64,000 nucleotides of DNA from a virus (taxonomy: Duplodnaviria > Heunggongvirae > Uroviricota > Caudoviricetes), in IMG/VR virus record IMGVR_UViG_3300010401_000032, positions 26,145 through 90,144 of that record; one strand, 5' to 3'. The position numbers and the translations under genes were made by a program. Positions 33,369 through 42,990 of this stretch are shown in pieces (position 1 is the stretch's first letter; every line of letters begins with the position of its first letter). Under the pieces are notes generated by a model that was not told the DNA's origin, made no database searches, and saw only the letters and a list, made by a program, of their open reading frames with translations.

Positions 33369-33836
33369 ATGAAGCTAGTTATTCTACGTGGACCTAGTGG
33401 GTCGGGCAAGAGCACAATAAGTGGACATATTTGGTGGAATATTATTCCTAAGGAATGGAGCGTCGTACACGAAGCTGATCAATTCTTTACTAAGACACTA
33501 GGGAGTGGAGATACATACAAATTTAACCAAACAATGCTCTCGAAGGCTCATGACTGGTGTAGATTAAACGTAGAACGAAGCATGTATGTAGGTGAAAACG
33601 CAATTGTTGCTAACACAAACATGAGCCTTCGAGAGATCGAGCCCTATATCGAGCTAGCAGACCAATATAATTACGAAACAGAGATTTGGCGTACTCCAGG
33701 CCCGTGGGATCCCGAAATACTTTTCCAACGGAACGTTCATAATGTTCCGTTGGAAGTGCTCAAGCGACAAATCGCCCGCTATCAACCTCATGCAGAAGAA
33801 AAGGAATGGTCGGACTTGACCATATTCAATGCTTAA
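33369..33836 (+). CDS. polynucleotide 5'-kinase (T4 Pnk kinase-domain-like), kinase domain only
   Basis: MKLVILRGPSGSGKST P-loop; VANTNMSLRE and NVPLEVLKRQIARY match T4 Pnk ISDTNLNPE / VPIDVLRSMYKSM. Confidence 0.6.
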   Translation: MKLVILRGPSGSGKSTISGHIWWNIIPKEWSVVHEADQFFTKTLGSGDTYKFNQTMLSKAHDWCRLNVERSMYVGENAIVANTNMSLREIEPYIELADQYNYETEIWRTPGPWDPEILFQRNVHNVPLEVLKRQIARYQPHAEEKEWSDLTIFNA

Positions 33837-34116
33837 TGCTCAAAATAGTAAGTGCTGGACATGTCTCCATGGTATTTGCTTACAAGAAAGTGAACAAGAA
33901 GAAATCAGTGGTATCCCGATAGAAGATGACGGCGAGCAACAAAAATATCCGTTCGCTATCGATGATCAAGACGAGGAAAACGAAGAGGAAGAGGGCAGTG
34001 CTATAATCGAAAGGGCACGAGTCAAGGCTATTTGTTTCTGGCGTCCGGAAGGTCTACAGTCACCGCCTATTCTTGTTGGGCAAGTAAAGGAATGCAGTAG
34101 ATACGAAGCAAAATGA
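33829..34116 (+). CDS. hypothetical acidic protein
   Basis: 95-aa ORF. Confidence 0.35.
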   Translation: MLNAQNSKCWTCLHGICLQESEQEEISGIPIEDDGEQQKYPFAIDDQDEENEEEEGSAIIERARVKAICFWRPEGLQSPPILVGQVKECSRYEAK

Positions 34117-34556
34117 TTACATCATTTCATACTCCTGAAACAGAATTCTTAAGTAATTTCTATCTTTGTTGCGTGCCGTATGAGGGTTTCATATATCCGT
34201 CAGCAGAAAACGCTTATCAAGCTGCCAAGACTTTAAATATAAAAGCCAGAAGTGCATTTACTCTTGAAGAAATGACTCCGGCTATGGCGAAGCACTTGGG
34301 TAAAATCATAAAGATTAGATCCGATTGGGACCAAGAGAAACTCCAGGTCATGTGGGATATCTTAAGTTCTAAGTTTGAAGATCATGATTTGAAGCGACTA
34401 TTACTAGCAACTGGTGATCAAGAATTAGTAGAAGGAAACAATTGGGGAGATGTATACTGGGGAGTATGTAAAGGTAAGGGTGAAAATAATCTCGGAAGGC
34501 TTTTAATGAATCTCCGTAAGAAACTCAACGATGAACAGTTCACTAACAATCTGTAG
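34113..34556 (+). CDS. NADAR (YbiA-like, DUF1768) domain protein
   Basis: FLSNFY..EN.YQA.K...W....ELVEGNNWGD.YWGV...GENNLGRLLM pattern of NADAR family. Confidence 0.65.
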   Translation: MITSFHTPETEFLSNFYLCCVPYEGFIYPSAENAYQAAKTLNIKARSAFTLEEMTPAMAKHLGKIIKIRSDWDQEKLQVMWDILSSKFEDHDLKRLLLATGDQELVEGNNWGDVYWGVCKGKGENNLGRLLMNLRKKLNDEQFTNNL

Positions 34557-35775
34557 CCAGATAAGAGATGCGGGAGGCACTCCGTACATAGTCGGGGGCT
34601 ATGTCCGAGATACGATCATGGGCAAGTGTCCGAAGGACACTGATATTGTCGTAGTTGGTTTTAGCTTTCCTCAACTAACTAATCTATTTGCAGCCAGTAA
34701 GATTATTGGTAAAGATTTTCCGGTAATACAGGTAGACGGAATTGAAATTGCACTAGCTAGAAAAGAAAGAAAAATTGATACTGGCCATACCGGATTCATA
34801 TGTGACACGCTAGGGGTTTCGCTGGAAGAGGACCTATTCCGCCGCGATTTAACTATAAATGCGATGGCAATGGACCCGTTCACGGAACAAATCACGGATC
34901 CATTTGGAGGAAGGGCGGATATCAATAACAAGATGATCCGGCCGGTCAGCATCCATTTCAAGGAAGATCCACTTAGGGTTTTACGAGCAGCACGATTTGC
35001 AGCACAATTCGATATGGATCTCTGCTTGCAGGTAAGCATAATGGCACAAGAGATGATGGCCGAGCTAACTACACTGACACCTGAGCGTGTTTGGGGAGAA
35101 ACTCTAAAGGCTCTCAAAACCGACAATCCTCAACGCTTTTTCGAAGCTTTGAATGAGATGGAGGTTTTGGAGATTGTATTCCCCGAAATCGCCGCACTCA
35201 AGGGACGCATTCAGCCGGAGAAGTATCATCCGGAGGGTTGCGTATTTACGCATTTCTTACAGGTGTTAGAACGTGCTAGAAATTTAGGTGCCGACGAAGA
35301 AACAATGTTCGCCGCCATGTGTCACGATCTAGGTAAGGCTGTTACTCCAGATGAGGATCTTCCTAGACATATAAATCATGAAGCGTTGGGAGTGCCGATC
35401 GTTGAAAGTCTTTGCGAAAGATTGAAAATTCCCAATTCTTTTAGACATGTGGCCGTGCTAACAGCTAGAGAGCATTTAAACATACATCGTTTTCAAGAAT
35501 TGAAGCCCGTAACTCAGGTACGTCTTATTACTAGACTTAATGGTATTCATGATGACATTACTCTAAAAAGGATTTGTATGGCATCTATGGCAGATGCTAG
35601 AGGACGTGGACCAGTCTATTGGAATAAAGAATATCCACAAGCAGATGCAGTATTAAAAGCGGCAGAAATTATCCGGTCCGTTCGTGGCGACCAATTTGCA
35701 CATTTAAAGGATGGCAATATTATCGCTCAAAAATTAGAGCAGGCGAGAACAAAGGCACTTGGATCCACTAGATAG
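34531..35775 (+). CDS. cca: tRNA nucleotidyltransferase (CCA-adding enzyme) with C-terminal HD domain
   Basis: Head-domain motif YIVGGYVRD-x8-DTDIVV (GGxVRD..DxD); length 414 aa. Confidence 0.7.
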   Translation: MNSSLTICSQIRDAGGTPYIVGGYVRDTIMGKCPKDTDIVVVGFSFPQLTNLFAASKIIGKDFPVIQVDGIEIALARKERKIDTGHTGFICDTLGVSLEEDLFRRDLTINAMAMDPFTEQITDPFGGRADINNKMIRPVSIHFKEDPLRVLRAARFAAQFDMDLCLQVSIMAQEMMAELTTLTPERVWGETLKALKTDNPQRFFEALNEMEVLEIVFPEIAALKGRIQPEKYHPEGCVFTHFLQVLERARNLGADEETMFAAMCHDLGKAVTPDEDLPRHINHEALGVPIVESLCERLKIPNSFRHVAVLTAREHLNIHRFQELKPVTQVRLITRLNGIHDDITLKRICMASMADARGRGPVYWNKEYPQADAVLKAAEIIRSVRGDQFAHLKDGNIIAQKLEQARTKALGSTR

Positions 35776-36241
35776 ATTTTGGATAAAAGTTAATAAGAAC
35801 TCTGGTACATTCGGAGCAAATGGACTATTTGAAACCGAATGTTGGGAATGGACTGCAAGTTTAACTGCCAAAGGTTATGGAAGATTTTGGCCAATTGGTA
35901 GACGCGGTTATCATGCACATAGATATTCTTGGATTATACATTTTGGAAAAATAGACGACGAAGTAAACGTTTGTCATAAATGTGATAATAGAAAATGTAT
36001 ACGACCAGATCATTTGTTTATAGGAACGCAAATAGAAAACATTAAAGATATGGACCTTAAGGGCAGGCGTCAACCAGCTAGAGGCCCGTCTCACGGGAAT
36101 GTTAAATTAACTCCAGGTGAAGTTCTTACAATTCGTTCGCTATGGCCAAGTACAAGATATTGTGATATAGCTCGTGATTTCAATATTAGTCATGGAACAG
36201 TAATGGATATTGTTAAACGACGCAGTTGGAAACACATATGA
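35759..36241 (+). CDS. HNH endonuclease
   Basis: HAHRYSW..NVCHKCDNRKCIRPDHLFIGTQIEN. Confidence 0.7.
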   Translation: MDPLDRFWIKVNKNSGTFGANGLFETECWEWTASLTAKGYGRFWPIGRRGYHAHRYSWIIHFGKIDDEVNVCHKCDNRKCIRPDHLFIGTQIENIKDMDLKGRRQPARGPSHGNVKLTPGEVLTIRSLWPSTRYCDIARDFNISHGTVMDIVKRRSWKHI

Positions 36242-37308
36242 AGAATCCCATCCTTTTAAAGCAAATGCTAAAAGAGGTAGAAGCTGGAAATGTAACAGCT
36301 TCGAAGTCTGGGGATCTAACTATATTCAAGTACTCACAGGACTGTCATATAGAAGGTAGATGGAATTCTGTCAACAGGATTGCCCGTGGCTTGATCATGA
36401 AAGACGATGGAACAATCGTCGCTCGACCATTTGCTAAATTCTTTAACCTTGGTGAAGTAGCCGAAACACAAATAGGCGAACTCCCGTGGAGTGAGTCTGT
36501 TGAAGTCTACGAAAAGGTAGACGGAAGCTGCGGGATTGGATACCTAGATCAAGACGGATGCTGGAAATTGGCAACTCCTGGGAGTATGGAATCTACACAG
36601 GCAGTTGAAGGTACTCTAATACTGCGTCAGATGTATAGTAAAGGTTTACAATTATTACCACGTGATTGTACTCCGGTATTCGAAATTATATTTCCAGCGA
36701 ATAGAATTGTTGTCGACTATAAAGGCGAAATATTTCTAGCTTTGTTGGCAATATTCGAAAAGAACGGCGAAGAGTGGCATCCTCGCCGCGTCGATCAAAT
36801 TGCTCAAGCCTGCGGCTTTCGCAGACCTAAGCGTTATGATATTGACCTACGCGGAGACATTCCGTTTAATGACAATGAAGAGGGCTACGTTGCTCGCTTT
36901 GAAAGTGGTCTCCGCGTAAAGGTCAAGTCTCCTGCGTACTTAAGAGTCCATAGACTCTTAAACTACATGAGTCCTAAAGGCGTAATCGAATTGATACGCG
37001 GGAAAGAATACGGCGTTACTCTATTACAACTGCCGAAGGGAATCCAACAGGACTTTGACGACATTAGGGCATCGGTTCAAAATTCATACGATGCTCTAAA
37101 GATATCGGTCGAAGACGTAGCACGTCGTATACCAGACGGCGACCGCAAAACAAAGGCCCTATGGATCCAAGCTAACGCTCCAAACCGCCTGAGCGGGCTA
37201 GTATTCGCCTCGATGGATGGCAAGTCCATCGAAGATAAGCTCTGGAGAATTGTTTCGGACGATCTTAAAGAAAAAACAGCACCTATTATTTCGCAGGAAG
37301 CGATATAG
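36226..37308 (+). CDS. ATP-dependent RNA/DNA ligase-family nucleotidyltransferase (Rnl1-like)
   Basis: Motif I EKVDGS (KxDG), motif IV EGYVAR, motif V KVKS. Confidence 0.55.
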   Translation: METHMKNPILLKQMLKEVEAGNVTASKSGDLTIFKYSQDCHIEGRWNSVNRIARGLIMKDDGTIVARPFAKFFNLGEVAETQIGELPWSESVEVYEKVDGSCGIGYLDQDGCWKLATPGSMESTQAVEGTLILRQMYSKGLQLLPRDCTPVFEIIFPANRIVVDYKGEIFLALLAIFEKNGEEWHPRRVDQIAQACGFRRPKRYDIDLRGDIPFNDNEEGYVARFESGLRVKVKSPAYLRVHRLLNYMSPKGVIELIRGKEYGVTLLQLPKGIQQDFDDIRASVQNSYDALKISVEDVARRIPDGDRKTKALWIQANAPNRLSGLVFASMDGKSIEDKLWRIVSDDLKEKTAPIISQEAI

Positions 37309-37310
37309 CT

Positions 37311-37544
37311 ATGAAAAACCCCGATAATAAACATCTTAGAATAACGCCGCCAAGATTTGCAGCTAGTGGTCTACCAATAACGGAGGCCGCAACCGGCTAC
37401 GCTATAGTACTTTCTAATTTGGCAATTGCTGAATCTAATTTGGTAAAAGCTGGCAAAGACAGTGCTTTACCCCATTTTATAGCAATCGTGAAAGAGATTG
37501 AAAGAATGTATGGATTCAAGTTCGAGATAGCAGAGGACGTATGA
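37311..37544 (+). CDS. hypothetical protein
   Basis: 77-aa ORF. Confidence 0.35.
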   Translation: MKNPDNKHLRITPPRFAASGLPITEAATGYAIVLSNLAIAESNLVKAGKDSALPHFIAIVKEIERMYGFKFEIAEDV

Positions 37545-37837
37545 GATGGCGAACAAAGGTCGTTCCAAGACCAGAATTAGTTCAAAAGGGTTGCCTGAGA
37601 ACGGTTGATCATTTTGCTTGGATACCAACTATTGCTAATGACGGTTATACGTATTGGCTTGAAAAGTTAATATATACCTATAGCTGTCTAGAGGACACGA
37701 CCATTCCTCCTGGATATCAAGAAATTTCATATTCGTACGAAGATGTCTATAGTATGGATGGCCCAGGTGTAGTCGATATAAAGGCAGTGAAACACGTAAA
37801 AGATGTTTGGAAGTTGATAGGTATTACTAAAATATGA
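37541..37837 (+). CDS. hypothetical protein (paralogue of next ORF)
   Basis: Shares FAWIPT...YWL...Y..LEDT pattern with 37834..38091. Confidence 0.4.
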   Translation: MRWRTKVVPRPELVQKGCLRTVDHFAWIPTIANDGYTYWLEKLIYTYSCLEDTTIPPGYQEISYSYEDVYSMDGPGVVDIKAVKHVKDVWKLIGITKI

Positions 37838-38091
37838 AATGGAAAACTAGAAAACCTAAGCCTATTCCTCAGTCATTTTGGAAGAAGGGTGAGTCTGTAA
37901 CCGTTAGAAAATTTGCCTGGATTCCAACCGCCTGCCAACATGGTGAAACCTATTGGTTAGACTATCTGTATTTTAATTATACCGCACTAGAAGATACGTT
38001 TGTTTCTCCGGGATGTTGTGTAGATTACGAAGATCAAATGACTAGAGAAATATGGCAATTAAATTTCATAGTTCCTTGGAATACTAAATGA
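37834..38091 (+). CDS. hypothetical protein (paralogue of previous ORF)
   Basis: See previous. Confidence 0.4.
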   Translation: MKWKTRKPKPIPQSFWKKGESVTVRKFAWIPTACQHGETYWLDYLYFNYTALEDTFVSPGCCVDYEDQMTREIWQLNFIVPWNTK

Positions 38092-38711
38092 TCCACTATA
38101 ACTTACAAGAATTTATAGCACGTACTAATCACCCAAACGCCGAATACCCGCTTCGCTTTCAAGAGATCATCAGCGGACAAGGACTAGGCATTGTATTCTC
38201 AATAGAAAAGGGACCCTGGTTAGCGGGCGGTGCAGTGCGTCGGTTGTTCGACGGCAGCAATAAAGAAAGTGACTTTGATATTTTCTTTAAAAGCGAGCAG
38301 CAACTAAACGACTTCAAGGCTCAGCTACTAACCTTAGGAGATAAGGTTCTATATGAGAACGATCTTAATGTTACAATGTTGTCTAATAGAGCCGGAATGA
38401 AGCCTTTTAAAGTACAGCTTATAAAGTTCTATTTCGAGAATCCGGAAGATGTATTAAATTGGTTTGACTATACCATCTGCCAGTTTCTAACAGATGGATT
38501 TACATTAATGGTTGGTAACTACACGCTATATGATGTTGGCAGTAAGCGTCTTGCTCTAAATACAGTTCACCACGGACTGTCTACAGTACGACGCATGCTG
38601 AAATACGCCAATCAAGGTTATAGCGTTTGTGACGGAACAATCGTAAATATTCTCAATAGAATAATTAGTAATCCGGAAATTATTAATAGCGGTATTATTT
38701 CTATTGACTAG
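38088..38711 (+). CDS. pol-beta-superfamily nucleotidyltransferase (minimal CCA/poly(A)-type head domain)
   Basis: WLAGGAVRRLFDG-x6-DFDIFF (GGxVR..DxD). Confidence 0.45.
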   Translation: MIHYNLQEFIARTNHPNAEYPLRFQEIISGQGLGIVFSIEKGPWLAGGAVRRLFDGSNKESDFDIFFKSEQQLNDFKAQLLTLGDKVLYENDLNVTMLSNRAGMKPFKVQLIKFYFENPEDVLNWFDYTICQFLTDGFTLMVGNYTLYDVGSKRLALNTVHHGLSTVRRMLKYANQGYSVCDGTIVNILNRIISNPEIINSGIISID

Positions 38712-38783
38712 TAATCAACTTCTCCGAGGCCCCCTGAAATTTAAAGCCTATGACCGAAGGTCAATATTATTCTCGGAACTTGA

Positions 38784-38812
38784 TTGCCAGATTTACTATC
38801 GCGTGGTATAAT
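38784..38812 (+). promoter_or_regulatory. sigma70-type promoter TTGCCA-17-TATAAT
   Basis: TTGCCA 38784-38789, TATAAT 38807-38812; leader ~28 nt to ATG 38848. Confidence 0.5.
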
Positions 38813-38847
38813 TATCCTGCTTAGAATATAAACTCAAGGCACCCCAT

Positions 38848-39339
38848 ATGACAAATAAGGCAATCTATTTAGCTGGCGGAATAAGTGGACTTACTTATGA
38901 CGAAGCAACACAGTGGCGAATTGCGACGAAAGCAGCCCTCGAACCATTAGGTATCAAGTGTCTAAGTCCATTGCGAGCGGCCGTGCATTTACGCAATAAC
39001 CAGGGACTTCTAACAGACTGTGAAATAGTTGACGGCATGCAGCCTGAAAACTATGCGGCTCTCACAATGAGCACACCGAGAGGCGTAGTAACACGCGATA
39101 AGTTTGACTGTACTCATTGCGACATGCTTATAGTTAATCTATTGAATGCAAAAAGAGTTTCTATTGGCACGATGGTTGAAATAGGTTGGGCTAGCATGCG
39201 TAATATTCCTATTGTGCTTGTAATTGAAAAAGAAGGCAATATTCATGAGCACGCTTTCGTAAAAGAATCGGCGACCTTTAGAACAGACTCAATCAGCGAA
39301 GCAATCGAAATAGCAAAAGCTATCCTTGGAGATTATTGA
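38848..39339 (+). CDS. nucleoside 2-deoxyribosyltransferase-fold protein (Ndt/DNPH1/LOG-like)
   Basis: N-terminal IYLAGGISG Rossmann-like motif; ~160 aa. Confidence 0.45.
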   Translation: MTNKAIYLAGGISGLTYDEATQWRIATKAALEPLGIKCLSPLRAAVHLRNNQGLLTDCEIVDGMQPENYAALTMSTPRGVVTRDKFDCTHCDMLIVNLLNAKRVSIGTMVEIGWASMRNIPIVLVIEKEGNIHEHAFVKESATFRTDSISEAIEIAKAILGDY

Positions 39340-39965
39340 TGACAAGATTTATAGCATTTTCCGGCAAGAAGCAGGTCGGTAAAGATACTGCCACCGCTAT
39401 GCTGGTTGACGTTTTAAAGGATAGAGGTATTTCGGTCTCTGTAACGGCCTTCGCCGAATCGCTTAAGAGAATGTGTATCGAAATTCTCGGCCTTAAATAT
39501 GAGGGCGTTTATGGTTCGAATGAACAAAAGAATGCCCTGACTAATATTCTGTGGGACAACTTTCCTGAAACTGTCAGAATGAAATACGCGACCGAACGCG
39601 ATCCCACTATGGGAGATTGGTTCCCGCGTTGTGGTCCGATGAGCAGCCGCGAAGTTTTGCAAGTTATGGGATCTGATATTTTCAGGATGATGATTGATAA
39701 CGACGTTTGGGCCAGAGCACCTTTTAATAAGCAATGGGATACCGATGTTGTTATCTTGACCGACTGTCGCTTCCCAAATGAGAAGGCTATCGTCGAAGAA
39801 AAGGACGGCGTAGTTATTCGACTTGAAAGAAATACCGGCTTGCACGATGATCATATCAGCGAGACCGCATTAGATAATGCGGCGTTCGGTATTAAATACC
39901 ATAACAATGGAACTTTAGAAGACCTCAAAGAATTCGTAATCTCATTAGCAAATAAAATCATATGA
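39336..39965 (+). CDS. deoxynucleoside monophosphate kinase (T4 gp1-like)
   Basis: FIAFSGKKQVGKDT P-loop at extreme N-terminus; VVILTDCRFPNE. Confidence 0.6.
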   Translation: MMTRFIAFSGKKQVGKDTATAMLVDVLKDRGISVSVTAFAESLKRMCIEILGLKYEGVYGSNEQKNALTNILWDNFPETVRMKYATERDPTMGDWFPRCGPMSSREVLQVMGSDIFRMMIDNDVWARAPFNKQWDTDVVILTDCRFPNEKAIVEEKDGVVIRLERNTGLHDDHISETALDNAAFGIKYHNNGTLEDLKEFVISLANKII

Positions 39966-40122
39966 ATAAAGAAAACAATTTCTGTATGTCGGGTAACGAA
40001 GCCCGAATTTTAATGGCAGCACTTAGTTCATCCTCGCTGTCTTTACCTGCCGCCATTACATTACAACTTTACGCCCGTTTAAACGAAATCAGTTCTGTAC
40101 AACCTCCTACAAATCAACCACA

Positions 40123-40566
40123 ATGAGCGAATTAATTTTTTCACACAGACCTAAGATTGGTGCAACAGTTGGTGCATTTTCAGAAAATGGAAAGCTATTC
40201 CTAGCTGTATCACTAGTTAATAACGGTACGAGTAGCAATGGTTTATTCCATGCGGAGCGTCGTGACGCATTCTCAAGACAAAAGGGTAGAGCTATTGTCC
40301 AAGGACGTATAGAATCTATGCGTGCTAATCCCGACAGGATCTATTCATTTGGCCTAGTTCTGAATACCGATATGGATTCTCGCGGTTTCATGGCTCAATT
40401 CCGCAAGGTTTTCAAGCCGACTGTCGACGAATCAGACAATCAACTCTTTATGGTAGAAAGCTTTGGCGGTGTAGAAAGTCGACAACGCCCTCAGGCTGCA
40501 AACATACAAGACGCGATTTTTGATATGGCACTAAACATTACTTCAAACAAGAACGCGAGCGTTTGA
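40123..40566 (+). CDS. hypothetical protein
   Basis: 147-aa ORF. Confidence 0.45.
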   Translation: MSELIFSHRPKIGATVGAFSENGKLFLAVSLVNNGTSSNGLFHAERRDAFSRQKGRAIVQGRIESMRANPDRIYSFGLVLNTDMDSRGFMAQFRKVFKPTVDESDNQLFMVESFGGVESRQRPQAANIQDAIFDMALNITSNKNASV

Positions 40567-40567
40567 C

Positions 40568-41167
40568 ATGCGAGTAATGGTAGCGGACACGGAAACGGGC
40601 GGATTAAATCCCAAAGAACATTCTGTGTTCTCTGTCGGTGCCCTTGTCGGCGATCTTGATACGGGCGAAATCATTGAGCAATTCGAAGCCCTGCATCAAT
40701 TACCCTCGATAGCCGACTATAAATATACTCCCAAAGCTATTGAAATACACGGCATCACGCCAAGCAAAGCTTTTGAAGATGGGATTCCAACGCAAGAGAT
40801 TTGCGACAAGCTTGTAGATCTATGGCATAATCATGGAGCAGCCATCATCGGAGGTCATAATTTCGATTATGATGTGAAGATGCTATCGCACCAGATATTT
40901 CATATTGAGACTCAAGAATTTGAGAGTAACTTTACTTATCGCAAATTAGATACTCTGCCGGTCATCAGACTATTTACTGGGAACGATAATGTATCTTCCG
41001 GAGCTAGCCTTACTCAGGCGGCAAAGCTTCTTAATATAGATATGTCCGAGTTTGGCAAGAATAAATTCCACGCGGCTTTATTCGACTCTATTGTTTGCTT
41101 TAAAATCATGTGTAAATTCCGCAAGGTGCTTACTATGCAAGACGTAGTAGATAGGTTGACAGCATGA
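40568..41167 (+). CDS. DEDDh 3'-5' exonuclease (DnaQ-like)
   Basis: Exo I VMVADTETGGL; Exo III HNFDYDVKML. Confidence 0.6.
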   Translation: MRVMVADTETGGLNPKEHSVFSVGALVGDLDTGEIIEQFEALHQLPSIADYKYTPKAIEIHGITPSKAFEDGIPTQEICDKLVDLWHNHGAAIIGGHNFDYDVKMLSHQIFHIETQEFESNFTYRKLDTLPVIRLFTGNDNVSSGASLTQAAKLLNIDMSEFGKNKFHAALFDSIVCFKIMCKFRKVLTMQDVVDRLTA

Positions 41168-41177
41168 ATGTTCTTAA

Positions 41178-41456
41178 TTGGATGTCAGATCATCCCATTC
41201 TGACGTGCGTACTGATAATGATAGTTCTTGTATTCGTATACGAAGTTTTGAAGCTCTTCAAAGGAAAAGAATGAAATTTAACGATTCAAATAAACCGCGT
41301 CGCGATAAAGAGCGTCGCATTTTACAAGGTGCCGGATGGAAAGCCGTCTGGGCATTAAAAGATAACGGATCCTGGTATTGGAAATGGATTCGCAAGGATC
41401 GCAAGAAAGCATATTCTCGCCAACAGGCATTGGAGATTGTTCGTAGAGGTCGATAG
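41178..41456 (+). CDS. hypothetical basic protein
   Basis: 92-aa ORF, Arg/Lys/Trp-rich. Confidence 0.4.
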   Translation: MDVRSSHSDVRTDNDSSCIRIRSFEALQRKRMKFNDSNKPRRDKERRILQGAGWKAVWALKDNGSWYWKWIRKDRKKAYSRQQALEIVRRGR

Positions 41457-41944
41457 TGGGTAACTATCGGTTTGATGGGCGTTCCAAGAAGCAATTTGAA
41501 CGCGATATTAAATCGCGTACGATGGAGGAACGTTCTCTATTCTTAATGTGGTTAGATTTGCTTGAAAAGCAAACAGGCAAACGGCCAGCTTATAAGGACA
41601 CCGGCTGCGGAAAGAATGGCGAGCTTCTAGAAGAGAATGAGGTCTCCACTAGTCCAGACTTCGACGTTGAAGGCTATGGAAGAGTGGAAGTAAAGTTTAG
41701 CAAGCCAATGCTAACTAAATGTTTTCATTTAAAGGTCAATCAAGTCAAACAATATACAAAGACTGACGTGACCATACTGATGATTAATGGGGCGGATAAC
41801 GATATTCCAACTTTTACCATGCTTAAGCCGCCAGCTTTAAAAGCTATCATTAAAGACTGCGAAGTGGTTGAATGGGTAGGCTTTGGGTTTAAGAGTTCGT
41901 TCAAAATCCCGATCAGTAAGTTTGTGTGGAGGCCATTGAAATGA
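41456..41944 (+). CDS. hypothetical protein
   Basis: 162-aa ORF. Confidence 0.45.
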   Translation: MGNYRFDGRSKKQFERDIKSRTMEERSLFLMWLDLLEKQTGKRPAYKDTGCGKNGELLEENEVSTSPDFDVEGYGRVEVKFSKPMLTKCFHLKVNQVKQYTKTDVTILMINGADNDIPTFTMLKPPALKAIIKDCEVVEWVGFGFKSSFKIPISKFVWRPLK

Positions 41945-42381
41945 ATTATCCTTCGGACGATACATTTGAGGAAGCTCGACGAAATCGTATGCCTCCTGGT
42001 TTCAAAGAATATACTAATGAAAATTCATATCAAAATGTTATAAACTATATTCGTCACAATATGGAGTATTATGAGACGCATGTTCATTCGTGTTGTGAAG
42101 ATTTTAGGCCAGGGATAACGGCTCAGGGTGCTGTGATGGCACTAAAAGAAATACTAGAGCATTTTAATGCGGATTTTTCTGGCCATAAACTTAAATGCAA
42201 TAGTGGTGACTTACAATGTAGATGTGGTATTTCACAATTTATAGTTACTAAAGTAGAAAAGTCGCTCGCTTATTACGAATGCAAGTGTGGAAACAAATGG
42301 ACCGACGACGAATATCCTTTTGCTACATATTGTTATTGTCCGGCCTGTAAAAAGAAGATCGATGGCACGCAATATGAATAA
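41926..42381 (+). CDS. Cys-rich (zinc-binding) hypothetical protein
   Basis: HSCCEDF, CNSGDLQCRCG, CKCGNKW, CYCPACKKK. Confidence 0.45.
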   Translation: MEAIEMNYPSDDTFEEARRNRMPPGFKEYTNENSYQNVINYIRHNMEYYETHVHSCCEDFRPGITAQGAVMALKEILEHFNADFSGHKLKCNSGDLQCRCGISQFIVTKVEKSLAYYECKCGNKWTDDEYPFATYCYCPACKKKIDGTQYE

Positions 42382-42384
42382 TAT

Positions 42385-42990
42385 TTGGGATGCACTAGCC
42401 TAATGCGATTCAATATTATATTACCGACAATAGGACGTGACTCACTGTCACAGACGGTGGCATCTGTTCTTGGTCAAGACTATGATAATTGGCGACTTTT
42501 TATTATAGGTGACGGTATAAATATAGAAACTCTCCATCCTTACTTTGAAATGGATGGACGTATAGAAGCGTCCGTTATTGTTGAAAGAGGATATGATTCT
42601 GGTGCATGGGCAAGAAACAGTGCTATATTACAAGGCCACAGTGAATGGATTGCTTATATAGACGATGACGACGTTTGGCTGCCTAGCCATCTGTCAACAA
42701 TAGTACATGCAATCAACAATAATCCGGGCGTTAACATGGTTCGCACCGCCGGCCAGCCTTTCTATTGGAAGCACAAAAGTCCTCGAAGCAGTAAGTTGGT
42801 TCGTAAACTAGGGCAAGTAAATGATAGTGATATTTTCACTGTCGGTATGGCTCACACTAGAGAACTATTCAAGAAAACAAAAGGCTGGCAACCCGGAGAG
42901 GCACACGATAGAGACCTATGGAACGAAATGTTAAGAGTTGGCGGCAATCCCTTTGTGTCAGATATTGTAACTTTCGAGTTTGAACGATGA
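42385..42990 (+). CDS. family-2-like glycosyltransferase
   Basis: FNIILPTIGRDSL...YIDDDDVWLPSHL (DxD). Confidence 0.5.
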   Translation: MGCTSLMRFNIILPTIGRDSLSQTVASVLGQDYDNWRLFIIGDGINIETLHPYFEMDGRIEASVIVERGYDSGAWARNSAILQGHSEWIAYIDDDDVWLPSHLSTIVHAINNNPGVNMVRTAGQPFYWKHKSPRSSKLVRKLGQVNDSDIFTVGMAHTRELFKKTKGWQPGEAHDRDLWNEMLRVGGNPFVSDIVTFEFER

